Assembly: GCF_903828115.1 (NCBI RefSeq)
Contig: NZ_CAIKKU010000632.1
Location: 1 to 55,526 of the forward strand
Length of the DNA: 55,526 nt
Reading direction: 5' to 3'
Source: an uncultured Thiodictyon sp.
GTDB taxonomy: Bacteria; Pseudomonadota; Gammaproteobacteria; Chromatiales; Chromatiaceae
Shown: positions 11,275-22,819 of the stretch, in pieces
How the letters are laid out: each line of letters begins with the position of its first letter
Position numbering within the stretch: the first letter of the stretch is position 1
Position numbers and translations under genes: made by a program
Notes under the pieces: generated by a model
Told to the model about the DNA's origin: nothing
Database searches by the model: none
The model's input: only the letters and a program-made list of their open reading frames with translations

Positions 11275-11709
11275 TTAAACCTCCCGCGGCTCGGTAGGCG
11301 GGGCCGTGCCCGGTGGCGGCGCCTCCGGGACCGCGGCCTTAACCGGAGCCGGCGCCGGGGGCTCGGCGCCGCCGGCCATCCGGTCGAGCGAACGGGCGAT
11401 CGATACCAGCGGGGTCATGAAGTCCGGCATGGGCAGGAGGGCGAGCAACAGCCCGGCGATCCAGAAGGCGTGGTTGTGGGTGAAGAGCGCCAGCAGCGCC
11501 AGCACCGCGACGATCTCCATCTGCACCTTCTGCCCGCGATGCGCCATCTGCTCCGGAAGCGCATGGAGCTTGAAGTAAAAGATCCCGATGCCGATCACGG
11601 CGAGCAGCACGAAAATGGCCATCACCACGAACAGTACGTCGGTCTCCCCCGGCGCCGTGACGAAGGCGGGCAAGTGGTGCGTTGCGGCCGGGTGTAGCGG
11701 CTCCGCCAT
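11275..11709 (-). CDS. Small membrane protein (DUF3302/YibI-like HlyD partner)
   Basis: ATG 11709 after GGAG; TM helices with LHALPEQMAH motif; stop lies 3 nt before the HlyD start. Confidence 0.75.
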   Translation of the reverse strand: MAEPLHPAATHHLPAFVTAPGETDVLFVVMAIFVLLAVIGIGIFYFKLHALPEQMAHRGQKVQMEIVAVLALLALFTHNHAFWIAGLLLALLPMPDFMTPLVSIARSLDRMAGGAEPPAPAPVKAAVPEAPPPGTAPPTEPREV

Positions 11710-11829
11710 CAGTGTATCTCCAACTCGAACGTGTGTAGGTCGGGACCGGGTTTCATACCGGTCCTTGGGGTCCTCGAGGTCCCGGTAGAGCTGGCCAGCG
11801 ATGCAATCGAGCAAAAACCCCATTCCCGG

Positions 11830-12030
11830 CCGCCATCCCACCGACTGATCGGCAGGTCGCCGGGCAGGATCTCCGCGGCGACCATCCCGGCATAGTTGAC
11901 CGGGTCCTTGGCGCTGCCGAACGCGGGAGCGTAGCACACTTCGGCGTCGTCGAGATCGTCGCTGGCTGCGCCCGGCTGGATGGCTATGGCCATGGCACTG
12001 ATCGGCTTGTCCGCCGCCCCCCGGTCCGTG
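11830..12030 (-). pseudogene. Degenerate fragment of a CoA-disulfide reductase-like FAD oxidoreductase (dimerisation domain)
   Basis: Translates ADKPISAMAIAIQ...DLDDAEVCYAPAFGSAKDPVNYAGMVA, matching the CoADR C-terminal YAPPFGSAKDPVN motif; the rest of the gene is absent. Confidence 0.75.
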
Positions 12031-12463
12031 CCGAGCGCTCGACGGCGTTGCCCGTCGGATCGTCGCGCTTGGCCTCTGCGTGGTCTCGCCGCTCGTGCAG
12101 TTGGAACCCAACACCTGTCCGGACGCTCGGGGTCAGCACCCGTCGTCAGGCCCTCGCCCTTGGAACCTCGGGTGCAACCCCCCGAGGTTGACCCGCGGGG
12201 GCTCGGGGGTGTCCAGGGTGCCTGCGAAGTCGGCCTATCTCGCCCTGTTGTGATAACCTGACCAAGGCTCGCAATGATCCAACATGCTACCGGAGGCCGA
12301 GCCCGAACGCGAGGACCCGGAGCCTCTGCAGTCGCGCAACGCCTGCTCTACCGGTTCGACCCGGCCGCGCTACTGATCCAGCGCGAGCAGGATGGGGGAA
12401 GCCGATTCCCCGAGCGAGGTTCCAACCGCCCGCTGTCTACACTTTATCGCTTAAGGATCCATC

Positions 12464-13417
12464 ATGAATAATCCCACTCTCGGGCGTGTGTTGCGAGCGC
12501 ATCTCGGCCGCGCCGCGCTGCTGCTGTGTCTTGGCGGTGCCGGGCCCGTCGCGGCCCGGACGCTGGAGGTGGGGCCTGACAAGCCATTCCAACTGCCCTC
12601 CGCCGCGGCCGCGCAGGCGCAGGACGGCGACCTGATCCGGATCGCGCCGGGCCGGTATGTCGACTGCGCGGTGTGGAAGGCGAATAACCTGGTCATCACG
12701 GGGACGGGGCGGGCGCAGGACACGGTGATCGCCGACCAGTCCTGCGGCGGCAAAGGGCTGTTCCTCACGGATGGCACCGGCATCACGATACGCAACCTGA
12801 CCCTGACCGGCGCGCGCGTGCCGAGCAGGAATGGGGCTGGTATCCGTATGCAGGCCGACAATCTCACCGTCGAGGGGGTGCGCTTCATCGACAATGAGAA
12901 CGGGATCCTGGTCAATACGGATGTGCACGGCTGGCTGCTGGTGCGCGACAGCGAATTCGTACTCAACGGCATCTGCTCGCCGTGCGGGCACGGGATCTAT
13001 GCCGGCCCTATCGACTTGGTGCGCGTCGAGCGCTCCAGGTTCTTCCAAACGCGCGAAGGGCACCATATCAAGTCGCGCGCAATGCGTACAGAGGTGATCG
13101 ACAGCGACCTTCAGGACGGGCCCGATGGTACCTCGAGCTACCAGATCGAGGCGCCCAACGGCGGGGCGGTGGTGGTGCGCGGTTGTACCATTGAGAAGGG
13201 TCCGAAGAGCGAGAACCACACCGGCGCGATCGTCATCGGCAAGGAGGGCGTGAAGCATCCGACGCCCGAGATCCTGGTCGAGAACAACCGCTTTCGGGTC
13301 GATGGGGACTACCATTCGTTTCTGGTTGTCAACGAGGCCGTGACCGGCGCCGTGCTCAAGGGCAACCGCCTGTCGGGTTCGGCCAAGGCGCTGCTTGGCA
13401 ATGGTGAGGTCCACTGA
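12464..13417 (+). CDS. Secreted right-handed parallel beta-helix repeat protein
   Basis: Signal peptide; DGDLIRIAPGRY, NGAGIR, FIDNENGIL, HGIY and GHHIKSRA pectin-lyase-like repeats. Confidence 0.85.
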   Translation: MNNPTLGRVLRAHLGRAALLLCLGGAGPVAARTLEVGPDKPFQLPSAAAAQAQDGDLIRIAPGRYVDCAVWKANNLVITGTGRAQDTVIADQSCGGKGLFLTDGTGITIRNLTLTGARVPSRNGAGIRMQADNLTVEGVRFIDNENGILVNTDVHGWLLVRDSEFVLNGICSPCGHGIYAGPIDLVRVERSRFFQTREGHHIKSRAMRTEVIDSDLQDGPDGTSSYQIEAPNGGAVVVRGCTIEKGPKSENHTGAIVIGKEGVKHPTPEILVENNRFRVDGDYHSFLVVNEAVTGAVLKGNRLSGSAKALLGNGEVH

Positions 13418-13434
13418 ACGCGACGCGGGAGCGG

Positions 13435-13581
13435 GTTGTCGTTGTTGTGGTCGTATTCGTGGTTGTCGTAGCGCCCCTGTTTCTCTCGCACGCCAGATGG
13501 CCTCGCTTGTCGGATTTCGAAAACGAAACCGACAACGACAACGATTGCGGCCATGTTCAACTTTTTCTTGACTCGTTACTA
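13435..13581 (-). repeat. ~145 bp dispersed element with (GTTGTC)n/(GACAAC)n arms, copy A
   Basis: Reverse complement aligns by eye to 30481-30622 at about 111/134 identities with two 6-nt indels. Confidence 0.85.
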
Positions 13582-13630
13582 AGAGGTTGCGGTCCAGTAT
13601 GATGGGGTCGGCAACGCACTTGAGACATCC

Positions 13631-15079
13631 ATGGACTTCGACACCCTCGACACCCTGCGCACCCACCACCCCGGCTGGCGGCTGTTGCGCTCTGACCATG
13701 CCCCGCTGGTGGCGAGCTTTCTGGCGCGTGTGTTCATCGCGCCGAACGTGCGGGTAATGGCGGCGGCCGATCTGGCCGAGGCGCTCGAGGACGCGTTGTA
13801 CGAACTGCGCGTGCGCCTGGGCGCGGACGCCTTCCCGAAGTCCGCGCTCAGCTACCTGAATGACTGGGCCAGTCCCGACAAGGGCTGGCTGCGCAAGTTC
13901 TACGCCCAGGGCTCGGACGAGCCGCAATTCGACCTGACACCGGCGACCGAGAAGGCCATCGCCTGGCTTGCCACCCTGACCGAACGCGCCTTCGTCGGTA
14001 CCGAGTCGCGCCTGTTGACGCTGTTTGCCTTACTCAAGCAGATGTCCGAGGGGAGCGAGTCGGACCCGGCCAAGCGCATCGCCGACCTGCATCAGCGACG
14101 CGACGCGCTCGACGCCGAGATCGCCCGGGTCGCGGCGGGCGATCTGCCGCTGTTGGACGACACCGCGGTCAAGGATCGCTTCCAGCAGTTCACCCAACTG
14201 GCCCGCGACCTGCTGAGTGACTTTCGTGAGGTGGAATACAACTTCCGCCTGCTGGATCGGCGGGTGCGTGAGCGTATTGCGCTCTGGGAGGGTGCCAAGG
14301 GGGCGCTGCTGGAGGAGATCATGGGTGAGCGCGATGCGATCGCCGACTCCGACCAGGGGCGCAGCTTCCGCGCCTTCTGGGACTTTCTGATGTCCAGCAG
14401 CCGGCAGGAGGAATTGACCGAACTGCTGGCGCGGGTCCTGGACCTGCCGCCGGTGGCCCAATTGAAGCCGGACCCGCGCACCAGGCGGGTCCACTACGAC
14501 TGGCTGGAGGCCGGCGAGCATACCCAACGCACCGTGGCGCAGCTCTCGCAGCAACTACGGCGCTTTTTGGACGACCAGGCATGGCTTGAAAACCGTCGCA
14601 TCATGGATATCCTGCACGGTATCGAGGCCAAGGCCCTGGCGTTGCGCGACACCCCGCCCCCAGGCGAGCTGGTGAGTATCGCGGAATCTGCCGCCACGGT
14701 CGAATTGCCCCTGGAGCGGCCCCTGTTCACGCCGGCCCGGCGGCCGCTGATCGCGGATATCGTCCCGGAGGCGGGCGATTCCGATTGCGATGCGGCCGGG
14801 CTTTACGATCAAATCGTGGTCGACCGCGCCCGGCTTGCCCGCCATATCCGCCACGCCTTGCAGGATCGGGCGCAAGTCACGCTACGCGAACTGACGCAGA
14901 CCCAGCCCTTGCAGCAGGGCCTGGCGGAACTGGTGGCCTATCTGCAGTTGGGCAGCGAGTCATTCAAGATCGCGGTCGATGAGGACACCCAGGAACTGAT
15001 CGTCTGGCAGGCCGTGACGAGCGGCGGCGAACCGATTGAAAGGCGCGCCCGGCTGCCGCGCGTCATCTTTGTGAGGTGA
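13631..15079 (+). CDS. jetA: Wadjet JetA (DUF3375, kleisin-like)
   Basis: HPGWRLLRSDHAPL, GWLRKFY, FVGTESRL and SDQGRSFRAFWDFL motifs; first gene of a four-gene operon. Confidence 0.93.
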   Translation: MDFDTLDTLRTHHPGWRLLRSDHAPLVASFLARVFIAPNVRVMAAADLAEALEDALYELRVRLGADAFPKSALSYLNDWASPDKGWLRKFYAQGSDEPQFDLTPATEKAIAWLATLTERAFVGTESRLLTLFALLKQMSEGSESDPAKRIADLHQRRDALDAEIARVAAGDLPLLDDTAVKDRFQQFTQLARDLLSDFREVEYNFRLLDRRVRERIALWEGAKGALLEEIMGERDAIADSDQGRSFRAFWDFLMSSSRQEELTELLARVLDLPPVAQLKPDPRTRRVHYDWLEAGEHTQRTVAQLSQQLRRFLDDQAWLENRRIMDILHGIEAKALALRDTPPPGELVSIAESAATVELPLERPLFTPARRPLIADIVPEAGDSDCDAAGLYDQIVVDRARLARHIRHALQDRAQVTLRELTQTQPLQQGLAELVAYLQLGSESFKIAVDEDTQELIVWQAVTSGGEPIERRARLPRVIFVR

Positions 15080-15083
15080 GGCG

Positions 15084-15713
15084 ATGGAAGAACCAACCCC
15101 GGTCGGTACCGGCGTGGACCTGTCGGCGCTCGCGATCACCCTGCTCAAGGGGGTGATCTATCGCGAGGGTGACGAGCGCCTGTGGGGCGGCCTGCTCAAC
15201 CTGCAGGCCCGGGTGCGCGATTATGTTGCGATCCTGGGCCTCGACCTGGTGCTCGACGAGGCCGAGGGCTATGCCTTCCTGAAGAGCCGCCCCGAGACGG
15301 CCGAGGACGAGGCCCCGGTGAAACTGCCCCGCCTGGTCGCGCGGCGGCCCCTGTCATTCCCCGTCAGTCTGTTGCTGGCCCTGCTGCGCAAGAAGCTGGC
15401 CGAGTCCGATGCCGGTGGGGGCGATACCAGGCTGGTGCTGACGCGCGAGGACATCGTCGAACTGGTGCGGGTGTTCCTGCCCGACAGCAGCAACGAGGCC
15501 AGGCTCATCGACCAGATCGATACGCACCTGAACAAGGTCATCGAACTGGGATTCGTGCGCCGCCTGAAGGCGGCCGGCAGCCCGTCCGGCTTCGAGGTGC
15601 GGCGCATCCTCAAGGCCTTTGTCGATGCCCAATGGCTGGCGGACTTCGACGCGCGGCTGGCCGACTATCAGGCCCAGCTCGCGGGGGCGGCGGACGCGAC
15701 TGATGATGAATGA
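15084..15713 (+). CDS. jetB: Wadjet JetB (DUF4194, KITE)
   Basis: [34 protein letters not shown] and [16 protein letters not shown] motifs. Confidence 0.93.
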   Translation: MEEPTPVGTGVDLSALAITLLKGVIYREGDERLWGGLLNLQARVRDYVAILGLDLVLDEAEGYAFLKSRPETAEDEAPVKLPRLVARRPLSFPVSLLLALLRKKLAESDAGGGDTRLVLTREDIVELVRVFLPDSSNEARLIDQIDTHLNKVIELGFVRRLKAAGSPSGFEVRRILKAFVDAQWLADFDARLADYQAQLAGAADATDDE

Positions 15714-18700
15714 GCCCTTGACCCTGGATCTGGATTTCGTCGCTGACGATACCCTGGCGGGCTTTCGCCTTCAGCGGCTCGAGGTCTTCAACTGGGGCAC
15801 CTTCGATGAACGCCTGTGGACCCTGCACCTCGACGGCAAGAACTGCCTGCTGACCGGTGATATCGGCTCCGGTAAGTCGACCCTGGTGGACGCCATCACC
15901 ACCCTGCTGGTGCCGGTGCAACGTATCGCCTTCAACAAGGCCGCTGGGGCGGACAGCAAGGAGCGAACGCTGCGCTCCTATGTGCTTGGGCACTACAAGT
16001 CGGAACGCAACGAGGTGACCGGAACAGCCAAGCCGGTGGCGCTGCGCGATCACAACAGCTATTCGGTCATTCTGGGTGTCTTCCACAACGCGGGCTATGA
16101 CCAGACGGTGACGCTGGCCCAGGTGTTCTGGATGAAGGAGGCGCAGGGTCAGCCGGCGCGCTTCTTCGTCGGTGCGGAGCGCGACCTGTCGATTGCCGCG
16201 GATTTTACGCGGTTCGGGACCGACATCGCCCAATTGCGTAAGAAGCTGCGCCGCCTGGGCGCCGAGATCGAGGACAGTTTTCCCGCGTACGGTGCCTGGT
16301 TCAGGCGCCGCTTCGGCATCGACAACGAACAGGCCCTGGACCTCTTTCTCCAGACCGTCTCGATGAAGTCGGTCGGCAACCTCACCGACTTCGTGCGCAG
16401 TCACATGCTGGAGCCCTTCGACGTAGGCCCCCGCATCGCGGCCCTGATCACCCACTTCGACGACCTCAACCGGGCGCACGAGGCCGTGCTCAAGGCCAAG
16501 CATCAGGTGGAACTGCTCAACCCGCTGGTCGCCGATTGTGACCGCCACCGCGTACAGGCGGCCGAACTCGAGGACCTGCGCGCCTGCCGCGAGGCCCTGC
16601 GACCCTATTTCGCGGAATTGAAACTCGAGCTGTTGGACCGGCGGCTGCAACTGCTGACCGAGGATCAGGCGCGCCTCACGGCGCAGAAGACGCGGCGCGC
16701 CGAGCAACGCGATCAGGAGCGCGCCGAACTGGATCGGCTCAAAGGTGCGGTCGCGGACAACGGCGGCGACCGCCTGGAGCAGTTGGCCATCCAGTGCCGG
16801 GATCAGGAACGCGAGCGTGACCGCCGCCGACAACGTGCCCAGCGCCATGCCGAACTGCTCGCGGCCATCGGTGAGTCACCGACCGTCGAGGAGGCCACTT
16901 TCGCGACCCAGCGGCATCGATTGGCGCAACGGCGCGAGGATCTCAGCCGGCAGGAAAGCGACGTGCAGAATCAACTCACCGAATGGGGCGTGTCGCTGCG
17001 CGAGGGCCGCCGCGAGCACCAGACGCTCATTGATGAGATCGCCAGCCTCAAGGCCCGGCAAAGCAATATCCCGTCCTCGCAGGTGGCGATGCGCTCGGCC
17101 ATCTGCACTGCACTGGGGCTCGACGCCGAGGCCATGCCCTTTGCCGGTGAACTGCTCCAGGTGCGCGAGGAGGCGCGCGACTGGGAAGGCGCGATCGAAC
17201 GGGTTCTGCACAACTTCGCCCTGTCGCTCCTGGTGCCGGATGCGCAGTATCCGCAGGTCGCCGACTGGGTGGATCGCACCCATCTGGCCGGGCGCCTGGT
17301 GTATTTTCGGGTGCGTCCCGGCAGAACCGCCGACGCCCAGCCATTGCACCGCGATTCATTGGTCCGTCAACTCGCCATTCGCTCGGATTCGGCCTTCTAT
17401 GACTGGCTGGAGCCTGAGCTCGCGCGGCGCTTCGACTATGCCTGTTGCGCCACCCCGGAACAGTTTCGCCGCGAAACCCGCGCCCTGACCCGCAGCGGTC
17501 AGGTCAAGACGCCGGGGGAGCGTCACGAGAAGGACGATCGTCACCGGCTCGATGACCGGGGCCGCTATGTGCTGGGCTGGAGCAACGCGGCCAAGATCGC
17601 GGCACTTCAGGTGCAGCAGCAGGGGCTCGAGACACGGCTCGGCGGGATCGGGGCCTCCATTGCCAAGGCGCAGGCCGAACAGTCACAGTTGCGTCGGCTA
17701 CTCGAGACCCTGGCAGCCCTGCATGAATTCGACACCTTTCGTGATCTCGACTGGCCGACCTGCGCGACGACCATCGCGCGCCTGCAAGACGAGCGGGCGC
17801 GTCTGGAGGCTGCCAGCGACCTCCTGCGCGAACTCGCGTCCCAGCTTGCCGCGGCCCAGACGGCCTTGAGTGCGAGCGAGGCGGGCTTGTCGGCACTGGA
17901 CAAGGAACTGGGCAGTGTGGAAACCCGCCAAGAGACCGCCGCGGCGCTGCGTTTACAGACCGCCGCATTGGCCGTCGGGATTGACGAGGCGCTGCGTCTG
18001 CGGCTGACGGGACTGCGTGCGCAGGTGTTGGGCGAGCACCAGCTTGCCATTGAGTCGTGCGACAACCGTGAGCGTGACCTGCGTGACGGCCTGCAGCAGC
18101 GCATGGACACCGAGGCCCGAGCGCTCTCCCGGTTGGCCGAGCGAATCATCAAGGCAATGTCGGCCTTCAAGGACGCCTACCGGCTCGAGACCGCCGAGTT
18201 CGATGCCAGTCTGGAGGCCGCATTCGAGTATCGCAAGCTCCTGGATCAGTTGGGCCGGGACGATCTGCCGCGTTTCGAGGAACGCTTCAAGGAGCTCCTG
18301 AACGTCAATACGATCAACGAGATCGCCAACTTCAATGCGCAGCTCGCGCGCGAGCGCGAGACCATCCGCGAACGCCTGGCCCGTATCAATGAGTCGCTCA
18401 CCCAGATCGATTACAATCCGGGGCGCTATATCGTGCTGGAATCCCAGATCAGCCCCGATACCGAGATCCGGGACTTTCAGGGCGACCTGCGCGCCTGCAC
18501 CGAAGGGGCACTGACCGGCTCCGAGGACGCGCAGTATTCGGAAGCCAAGTTCCTGCAGGTCAAGGCCATCATCGACCGCTTCCGCGGACGCGAGGGCACC
18601 TCGGAACAGGACCGGCGCTGGACCGCCAAGGTAACCGATGTGCGCAACTGGTTCCTGTTCGCCGCCAGCGAGCGTTGGCGCGAGGACGGGACCGAGCATG

Positions 18701-19068
18701 AGCACTATTCGGACTCCGGCGGCAAGTCCGGCGGCCAGAAGGAAAAGCTCGCCTATACCATCCTGGCGGCGAGCCTGGCCTATCAATTCGGGCTGGAATG
18801 GGGGGCGGTGCGTTCGCGCTCGTTCCGTTTCGTGGTCATCGACGAGGCCTTCGGCCGGGGTTCGGACGAATCGACCCAGTATGGGCTCAAGCTCTTTCAA
18901 CAACTCAACCTGCAACTGCTGATCGTCACCCCGCTGCAGAAGATCCACATCATCGAGCCCTATGTCGCCAGCGTGGGCTTCGTCCACAACGAGGGCGGCC
19001 GGGCCTCCAAGCTGCGCAACCTGTCGATTGCGGAGTACCGGGCGCGCAAGGCCGAACTCGCGGTATGA
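15703..19068 (+). CDS. jetC: Wadjet JetC SMC-like ATPase
   Basis: NWGTF, Walker [10 protein letters not shown], long coiled coils, signature KSGGQ and Walker B VVIDEAF; start ATG 15703 or 15706 overlaps the jetB end. Confidence 0.95.
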   Translation: MMNEPLTLDLDFVADDTLAGFRLQRLEVFNWGTFDERLWTLHLDGKNCLLTGDIGSGKSTLVDAITTLLVPVQRIAFNKAAGADSKERTLRSYVLGHYKSERNEVTGTAKPVALRDHNSYSVILGVFHNAGYDQTVTLAQVFWMKEAQGQPARFFVGAERDLSIAADFTRFGTDIAQLRKKLRRLGAEIEDSFPAYGAWFRRRFGIDNEQALDLFLQTVSMKSVGNLTDFVRSHMLEPFDVGPRIAALITHFDDLNRAHEAVLKAKHQVELLNPLVADCDRHRVQAAELEDLRACREALRPYFAELKLELLDRRLQLLTEDQARLTAQKTRRAEQRDQERAELDRLKGAVADNGGDRLEQLAIQCRDQERERDRRRQRAQRHAELLAAIGESPTVEEATFATQRHRLAQRREDLSRQESDVQNQLTEWGVSLREGRREHQTLIDEIASLKARQSNIPSSQVAMRSAICTALGLDAEAMPFAGELLQVREEARDWEGAIERVLHNFALSLLVPDAQYPQVADWVDRTHLAGRLVYFRVRPGRTADAQPLHRDSLVRQLAIRSDSAFYDWLEPELARRFDYACCATPEQFRRETRALTRSGQVKTPGERHEKDDRHRLDDRGRYVLGWSNAAKIAALQVQQQGLETRLGGIGASIAKAQAEQSQLRRLLETLAALHEFDTFRDLDWPTCATTIARLQDERARLEAASDLLRELASQLAAAQTALSASEAGLSALDKELGSVETRQETAAALRLQTAALAVGIDEALRLRLTGLRAQVLGEHQLAIESCDNRERDLRDGLQQRMDTEARALSRLAERIIKAMSAFKDAYRLETAEFDASLEAAFEYRKLLDQLGRDDLPRFEERFKELLNVNTINEIANFNAQLARERETIRERLARINESLTQIDYNPGRYIVLESQISPDTEIRDFQGDLRACTEGALTGSEDAQYSEAKFLQVKAIIDRFRGREGTSEQDRRWTAKVTDVRNWFLFAASERWREDGTEHEHYSDSGGKSGGQKEKLAYTILAASLAYQFGLEWGAVRSRSFRFVVIDEAFGRGSDESTQYGLKLFQQLNLQLLIVTPLQKIHIIEPYVASVGFVHNEGGRASKLRNLSIAEYRARKAELAV

Positions 19069-20303
19069 GCTGGACGACCCCCGCCGACCTGAAGGCGCAA
19101 CTGCGCCGCCTCTGGGAGCGCGGTGAACTGCTGCGTCCGCTCATCACCGGCGAGCCGCGGTTCCCGCTGCGGCTGACCCTGAAGGTCCCCGGCTCGACCG
19201 AGCTGGCCGAACGCTTCGAGTCCGTGCGCGTCTGGATTGCCGAGTTGATCGCCGTCCCCCAGTGCCGAATCGAGTGGCGCGAGGTCAATCATCGGGTCCT
19301 GGGGTCCCAGCGCCTGCCCCAGTCCATCTGGGTCGAAACACTCGACGCCGCCCTGGCCCTGATCGGCAGACGCAGCGAGGCCGATCGTTTCGCCGAGTTG
19401 CTGGCGCTCACGCGCGCCCGGCAGCCGCGCCTGCTCGACTGGGTTGGCAAGCGGCCCCTGCAGGCCATCGAGTTGGCCGGGCAGTGGCGGCACCTGCTCG
19501 CCGTGGTGGACTGGCTGGCCGAGCATCGGCGGCCCGGCATCTACCTGCGGCAGGTGGACATCGCGGGGGTCCACAGCAAGTTCATCGAGGCACACCGCGG
19601 GGTCCTCACCGAGTTGCTCGACCTGGTATTGCCGCCCGCGGCCATCGCGGCCGAGCGAACCGGCATCGGCCAGTTCGCCGCTCGCTATGGCTTTCTCGAC
19701 AAGCCGGCCCGTATCCGCTTTCGCGTGCTCGATGCAGGGCTCGCCCTGCTGCCGGGTCCGACCCTGCCGGATGTGACGCTCGATGCCGAGAGCTTCGCAC
19801 GGTTGGAGGTGCCGGTGCGGCGCCTGTTCATCACTGAGAACGAGACCAACTTTCTGGCCTTCCCGCCCGCCGCGGACTCACTCGTCATCTTCGGCGCCGG
19901 CTATGGCTGGGAGGCGCTCGCCGGGGCCGACTGGCTCGCCCGCTGTGCCATCCACTATTGGGGCGACATCGATACCCACGGCTTCGCCATCCTCGATCAG
20001 TTGCGCAGCCGCTTTGCTCAAGTGGAATCCTTCCTGATGGATCGCCCAACCCTGATGGCCCACGAGGCCCTGTGGGGGGAGGAGGGCGACCAGGTCAGGC
20101 ACGACCTGCCGCGACTCACCGATGCGGAGACGGCCTTGTTCAATGATCTGCGGGACAACCGCATCCGCCGCGGCTTGCGGTTGGAACAGGAGCGGGTGGG
20201 GTTCGGGTGGGTGAGGGCGGCCTTGGATGCAATCGATCTTGGAGAATCCTCCCTCACCCGCGCTTACTCTCGACCGCCAAGCCATGCAGTTAATCCGACC
20301 TAA
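19065..20303 (+). CDS. jetD: Wadjet JetD Toprim nuclease (DUF3322 + DUF2220)
   Basis: ATGA overlap with jetC; [16 protein letters not shown], Toprim [17 protein letters not shown] and RLEQE motifs. Confidence 0.94.
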   Translation: MSWTTPADLKAQLRRLWERGELLRPLITGEPRFPLRLTLKVPGSTELAERFESVRVWIAELIAVPQCRIEWREVNHRVLGSQRLPQSIWVETLDAALALIGRRSEADRFAELLALTRARQPRLLDWVGKRPLQAIELAGQWRHLLAVVDWLAEHRRPGIYLRQVDIAGVHSKFIEAHRGVLTELLDLVLPPAAIAAERTGIGQFAARYGFLDKPARIRFRVLDAGLALLPGPTLPDVTLDAESFARLEVPVRRLFITENETNFLAFPPAADSLVIFGAGYGWEALAGADWLARCAIHYWGDIDTHGFAILDQLRSRFAQVESFLMDRPTLMAHEALWGEEGDQVRHDLPRLTDAETALFNDLRDNRIRRGLRLEQERVGFGWVRAALDAIDLGESSLTRAYSRPPSHAVNPT

Positions 20304-20311
20304 AGCCTATG

Positions 20312-22819
20312 CTACGCGAACAGTGCATCCAACTGCGGATTTGCTGTCACCAACAACACCTGCTTGCGCACCGCCTCGCTATTGAGCTCCAGGCGGACAT
20401 AACACTCCCCACCGGCCTTCGATGGCTGCTTGCGGATGAGTTGGATGCGGTGGAATAGATGCCCGTGGCGTTCGGCGAAGCGCGCGAGGCCGACGGCCTT
20501 CTCGAAGTTGTCCGCCAGGCTCGGATCGTGGGGCTCCAGGATATCGAACCGGTAGCCGCCAACCGCTGAGCCGGCGGCCTCACCCTGGCGCACCACCACC
20601 AGGTCCGGGAACATCGGCCGCTCGGCCCCGCCGGTCAGATAGGGGATCTCCAGCGACCAGGGCTTGCGGTCCTGGTTGCGGAACCAGCCGACAACCTCCG
20701 GGTTGCCCACCTCCTCCGCAATCAACTCGCGCTCCCAGGTCTCGAGATCCGCCCGGAAGCGGCCGTCGTCCTCCAGATACAGATGGCGCTCATAGTCGGG
20801 CGCACCCTCGGTGCGGCGGAACTCGATCCGCTCCGGCAACCGCCATTGCATCTCCACCGGCTTCGCAGTGGCGAGCCGCAGGCGTTCGTAACGGACGCGA
20901 TCCTTCTCCTTGAGCTTGCCGATGGCGTGTTTGTGACGGTCATACAGGGCATCGAAGGCGGTCTCGCCCTTGGCCTCCAACCCGGCCATGACGGCATGAC
21001 TGCGGGCCAGCAGGATGACCTCGACCTTCACGTCCAGGGCCTCGCGGTCGGCGTGGGTATCCCACCAGGTCTGGTGCAGCCCGTTGCCCAGGCGCTGCCC
21101 GGCCTCGGAAAACTGGCGCTCAATGTCCGCTTCGGACGCATCGATCTCGTACTCGCGCACCGGCGTAACCAGCTCGCTACCGGTGTCGAGGGTCGTGGTC
21201 TTCATCCCGACCCGCATGATGGCCGCCGCCGACTTGGCGAAGGTCCCCGTCGCCTTGAGCCCGTCCAGCTCGGTCCCGAGCCAGGCGACCACCTGCTCCT
21301 TGGCCGCTCCCCAGGCCGCCGGCTCGATGTCGTCCAGGTTCAGCCGCCGCGCGAGCCCGACGAAGCGGCGAAGGTGGCCCTGGGCGCGGGCCGCGTTGAC
21401 CCGATAGGTCACAAGCCCGGCCATGGCCGCGAAGATATCGGCCGCGTCCGTGCGCCGGCTGAGTGTCACCAGTTCGCGGCTGGAGCCGACCACCGCCGGG
21501 GGCGCGTGCTCGACGTCCTTCAAATCCTCCACCACCGCCTTGACCGCGGCATCGTCGAAGTAAGGCAGGAACAGATGCACATCGTTCAGGGCTGCGTCCC
21601 GCTCGATCCGCCGCGCGAGCGGCGTGCGCACCATGCGCCCGAGCAACTGGGCAATGTAGGTGTGGTCCTCCGCCCGGCGGAAGGACATCATCACCTCGGC
21701 CCGCGGGCAGTCCCACCCGGTGGAGAGGCTGGTCTTGAAGAAGACCACGCCGATGCCCTTGTCTTCGTCGATCCGCGAGGCATCAACCCGGCGCACCCGC
21801 CGTCCTCCCAGGTCCATGTCCCCGCAATCGTGCAGCGCATGGACCGCCTCGCCCTCCAGCAGCGGCCTGCCGATGGCCTTTTCGATGACGTTGAGCGCCA
21901 CGCCGAGATCGGTCCGCGACGGCTGCCGCTCGGTGCCGTTCTCCACCTGCACCACCAGGATCGGCCAGACCCGCTGCTCCTGCTCGGCCTTGCAATAGGC
22001 GTCCCAGGCCTGGCTCATCCGCACCCAGGCCGCCGCCGCCTCCGCCAACAGGGCCATCTCGGAGTGCCCCGCCTCCTTGGGATGATGGATCGGGATGCGG
22101 TCCTTCAGCAGGCCGGAGGCACGCACCTCGGCGACCGGCACACGCACCGGATGCTGGGTGTGGTCGCCGCCCTCCAAGAGATCCGTGAACCGCTTCGGCG
22201 TCGCCGAAACTCCGATGACCAACGGCATCCGAATTAGGCCGGTCTCGATATGCCCCAACAGGAAGCGCTGGATTAAGGTGCGGGCTTCTTTGGCCTGCTT
22301 GCCCCCAGCCATACCCCGGTGGGCCTCGTCGATCACCACATAGAAGCGATCCGGGATCGCCCGTGCAGTATTCGAGAAGGTCGTCCATATCGAATATTGC
22401 CGCCCATCAGTCCCTCCGCGCGTGAGGCGCTTGTCTGTCCCAAGTTTCTGTACGTTGATGAAGTGGATGACGCCGGGTTCCAATTGCTCGCGGTCGAAAC
22501 CGGCATCGATGGTGACGAGACGCTGCTCGCCGATCCGGTTCGACACCTGATTGATCCGACGCCGAGTCTGCTCGTTCAACTCCGGCATGTCAGAAACCCA
22601 GAGGATGGTCGCATCCGGCTGGGCCGGGAGACCCGCGGCATCACCGAACAGGATGTTCTCGAACAGGGCCGCCATAATGACGGTCTTGCCGCTACCCGTG
22701 GGGGCCGAGAACGAGATCGCCTGCGGGTTCTGGCTGGACGCATGTTCACGCGCCAGCAGCACCTTATCGCGCAACAACCCCAGCGCCGTCTCCTGGAAGT
22801 CGAACAACTCGTACTTCAT
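20312..22819 (-). CDS. res: Type III restriction-modification Res subunit (SF2 helicase-like ATPase + PD-(D/E)xK-like nuclease)
   Basis: APTGSGKT, IDEAH, SAT, GWDCPRA and QLLGRMVR motifs; C-terminal FPDLVVV..DILEPH; ATGA overlap with the MTase gene. Confidence 0.88.
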   Translation of the reverse strand: MKYELFDFQETALGLLRDKVLLAREHASSQNPQAISFSAPTGSGKTVIMAALFENILFGDAAGLPAQPDATILWVSDMPELNEQTRRRINQVSNRIGEQRLVTIDAGFDREQLEPGVIHFINVQKLGTDKRLTRGGTDGRQYSIWTTFSNTARAIPDRFYVVIDEAHRGMAGGKQAKEARTLIQRFLLGHIETGLIRMPLVIGVSATPKRFTDLLEGGDHTQHPVRVPVAEVRASGLLKDRIPIHHPKEAGHSEMALLAEAAAAWVRMSQAWDAYCKAEQEQRVWPILVVQVENGTERQPSRTDLGVALNVIEKAIGRPLLEGEAVHALHDCGDMDLGGRRVRRVDASRIDEDKGIGVVFFKTSLSTGWDCPRAEVMMSFRRAEDHTYIAQLLGRMVRTPLARRIERDAALNDVHLFLPYFDDAAVKAVVEDLKDVEHAPPAVVGSSRELVTLSRRTDAADIFAAMAGLVTYRVNAARAQGHLRRFVGLARRLNLDDIEPAAWGAAKEQVVAWLGTELDGLKATGTFAKSAAAIMRVGMKTTTLDTGSELVTPVREYEIDASEADIERQFSEAGQRLGNGLHQTWWDTHADREALDVKVEVILLARSHAVMAGLEAKGETAFDALYDRHKHAIGKLKEKDRVRYERLRLATAKPVEMQWRLPERIEFRRTEGAPDYERHLYLEDDGRFRADLETWERELIAEEVGNPEVVGWFRNQDRKPWSLEIPYLTGGAERPMFPDLVVVRQGEAAGSAVGGYRFDILEPHDPSLADNFEKAVGLARFAERHGHLFHRIQLIRKQPSKAGGECYVRLELNSEAVRKQVLLVTANPQLDALFA

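Noticed and set aside
13568-13603. TTGACT...TATGAT as a jetA promoter supplied by the repeat element
   Set aside because: The spacer is 24 bp, too long for sigma70; the -10 may be real but the pairing is unsupported.
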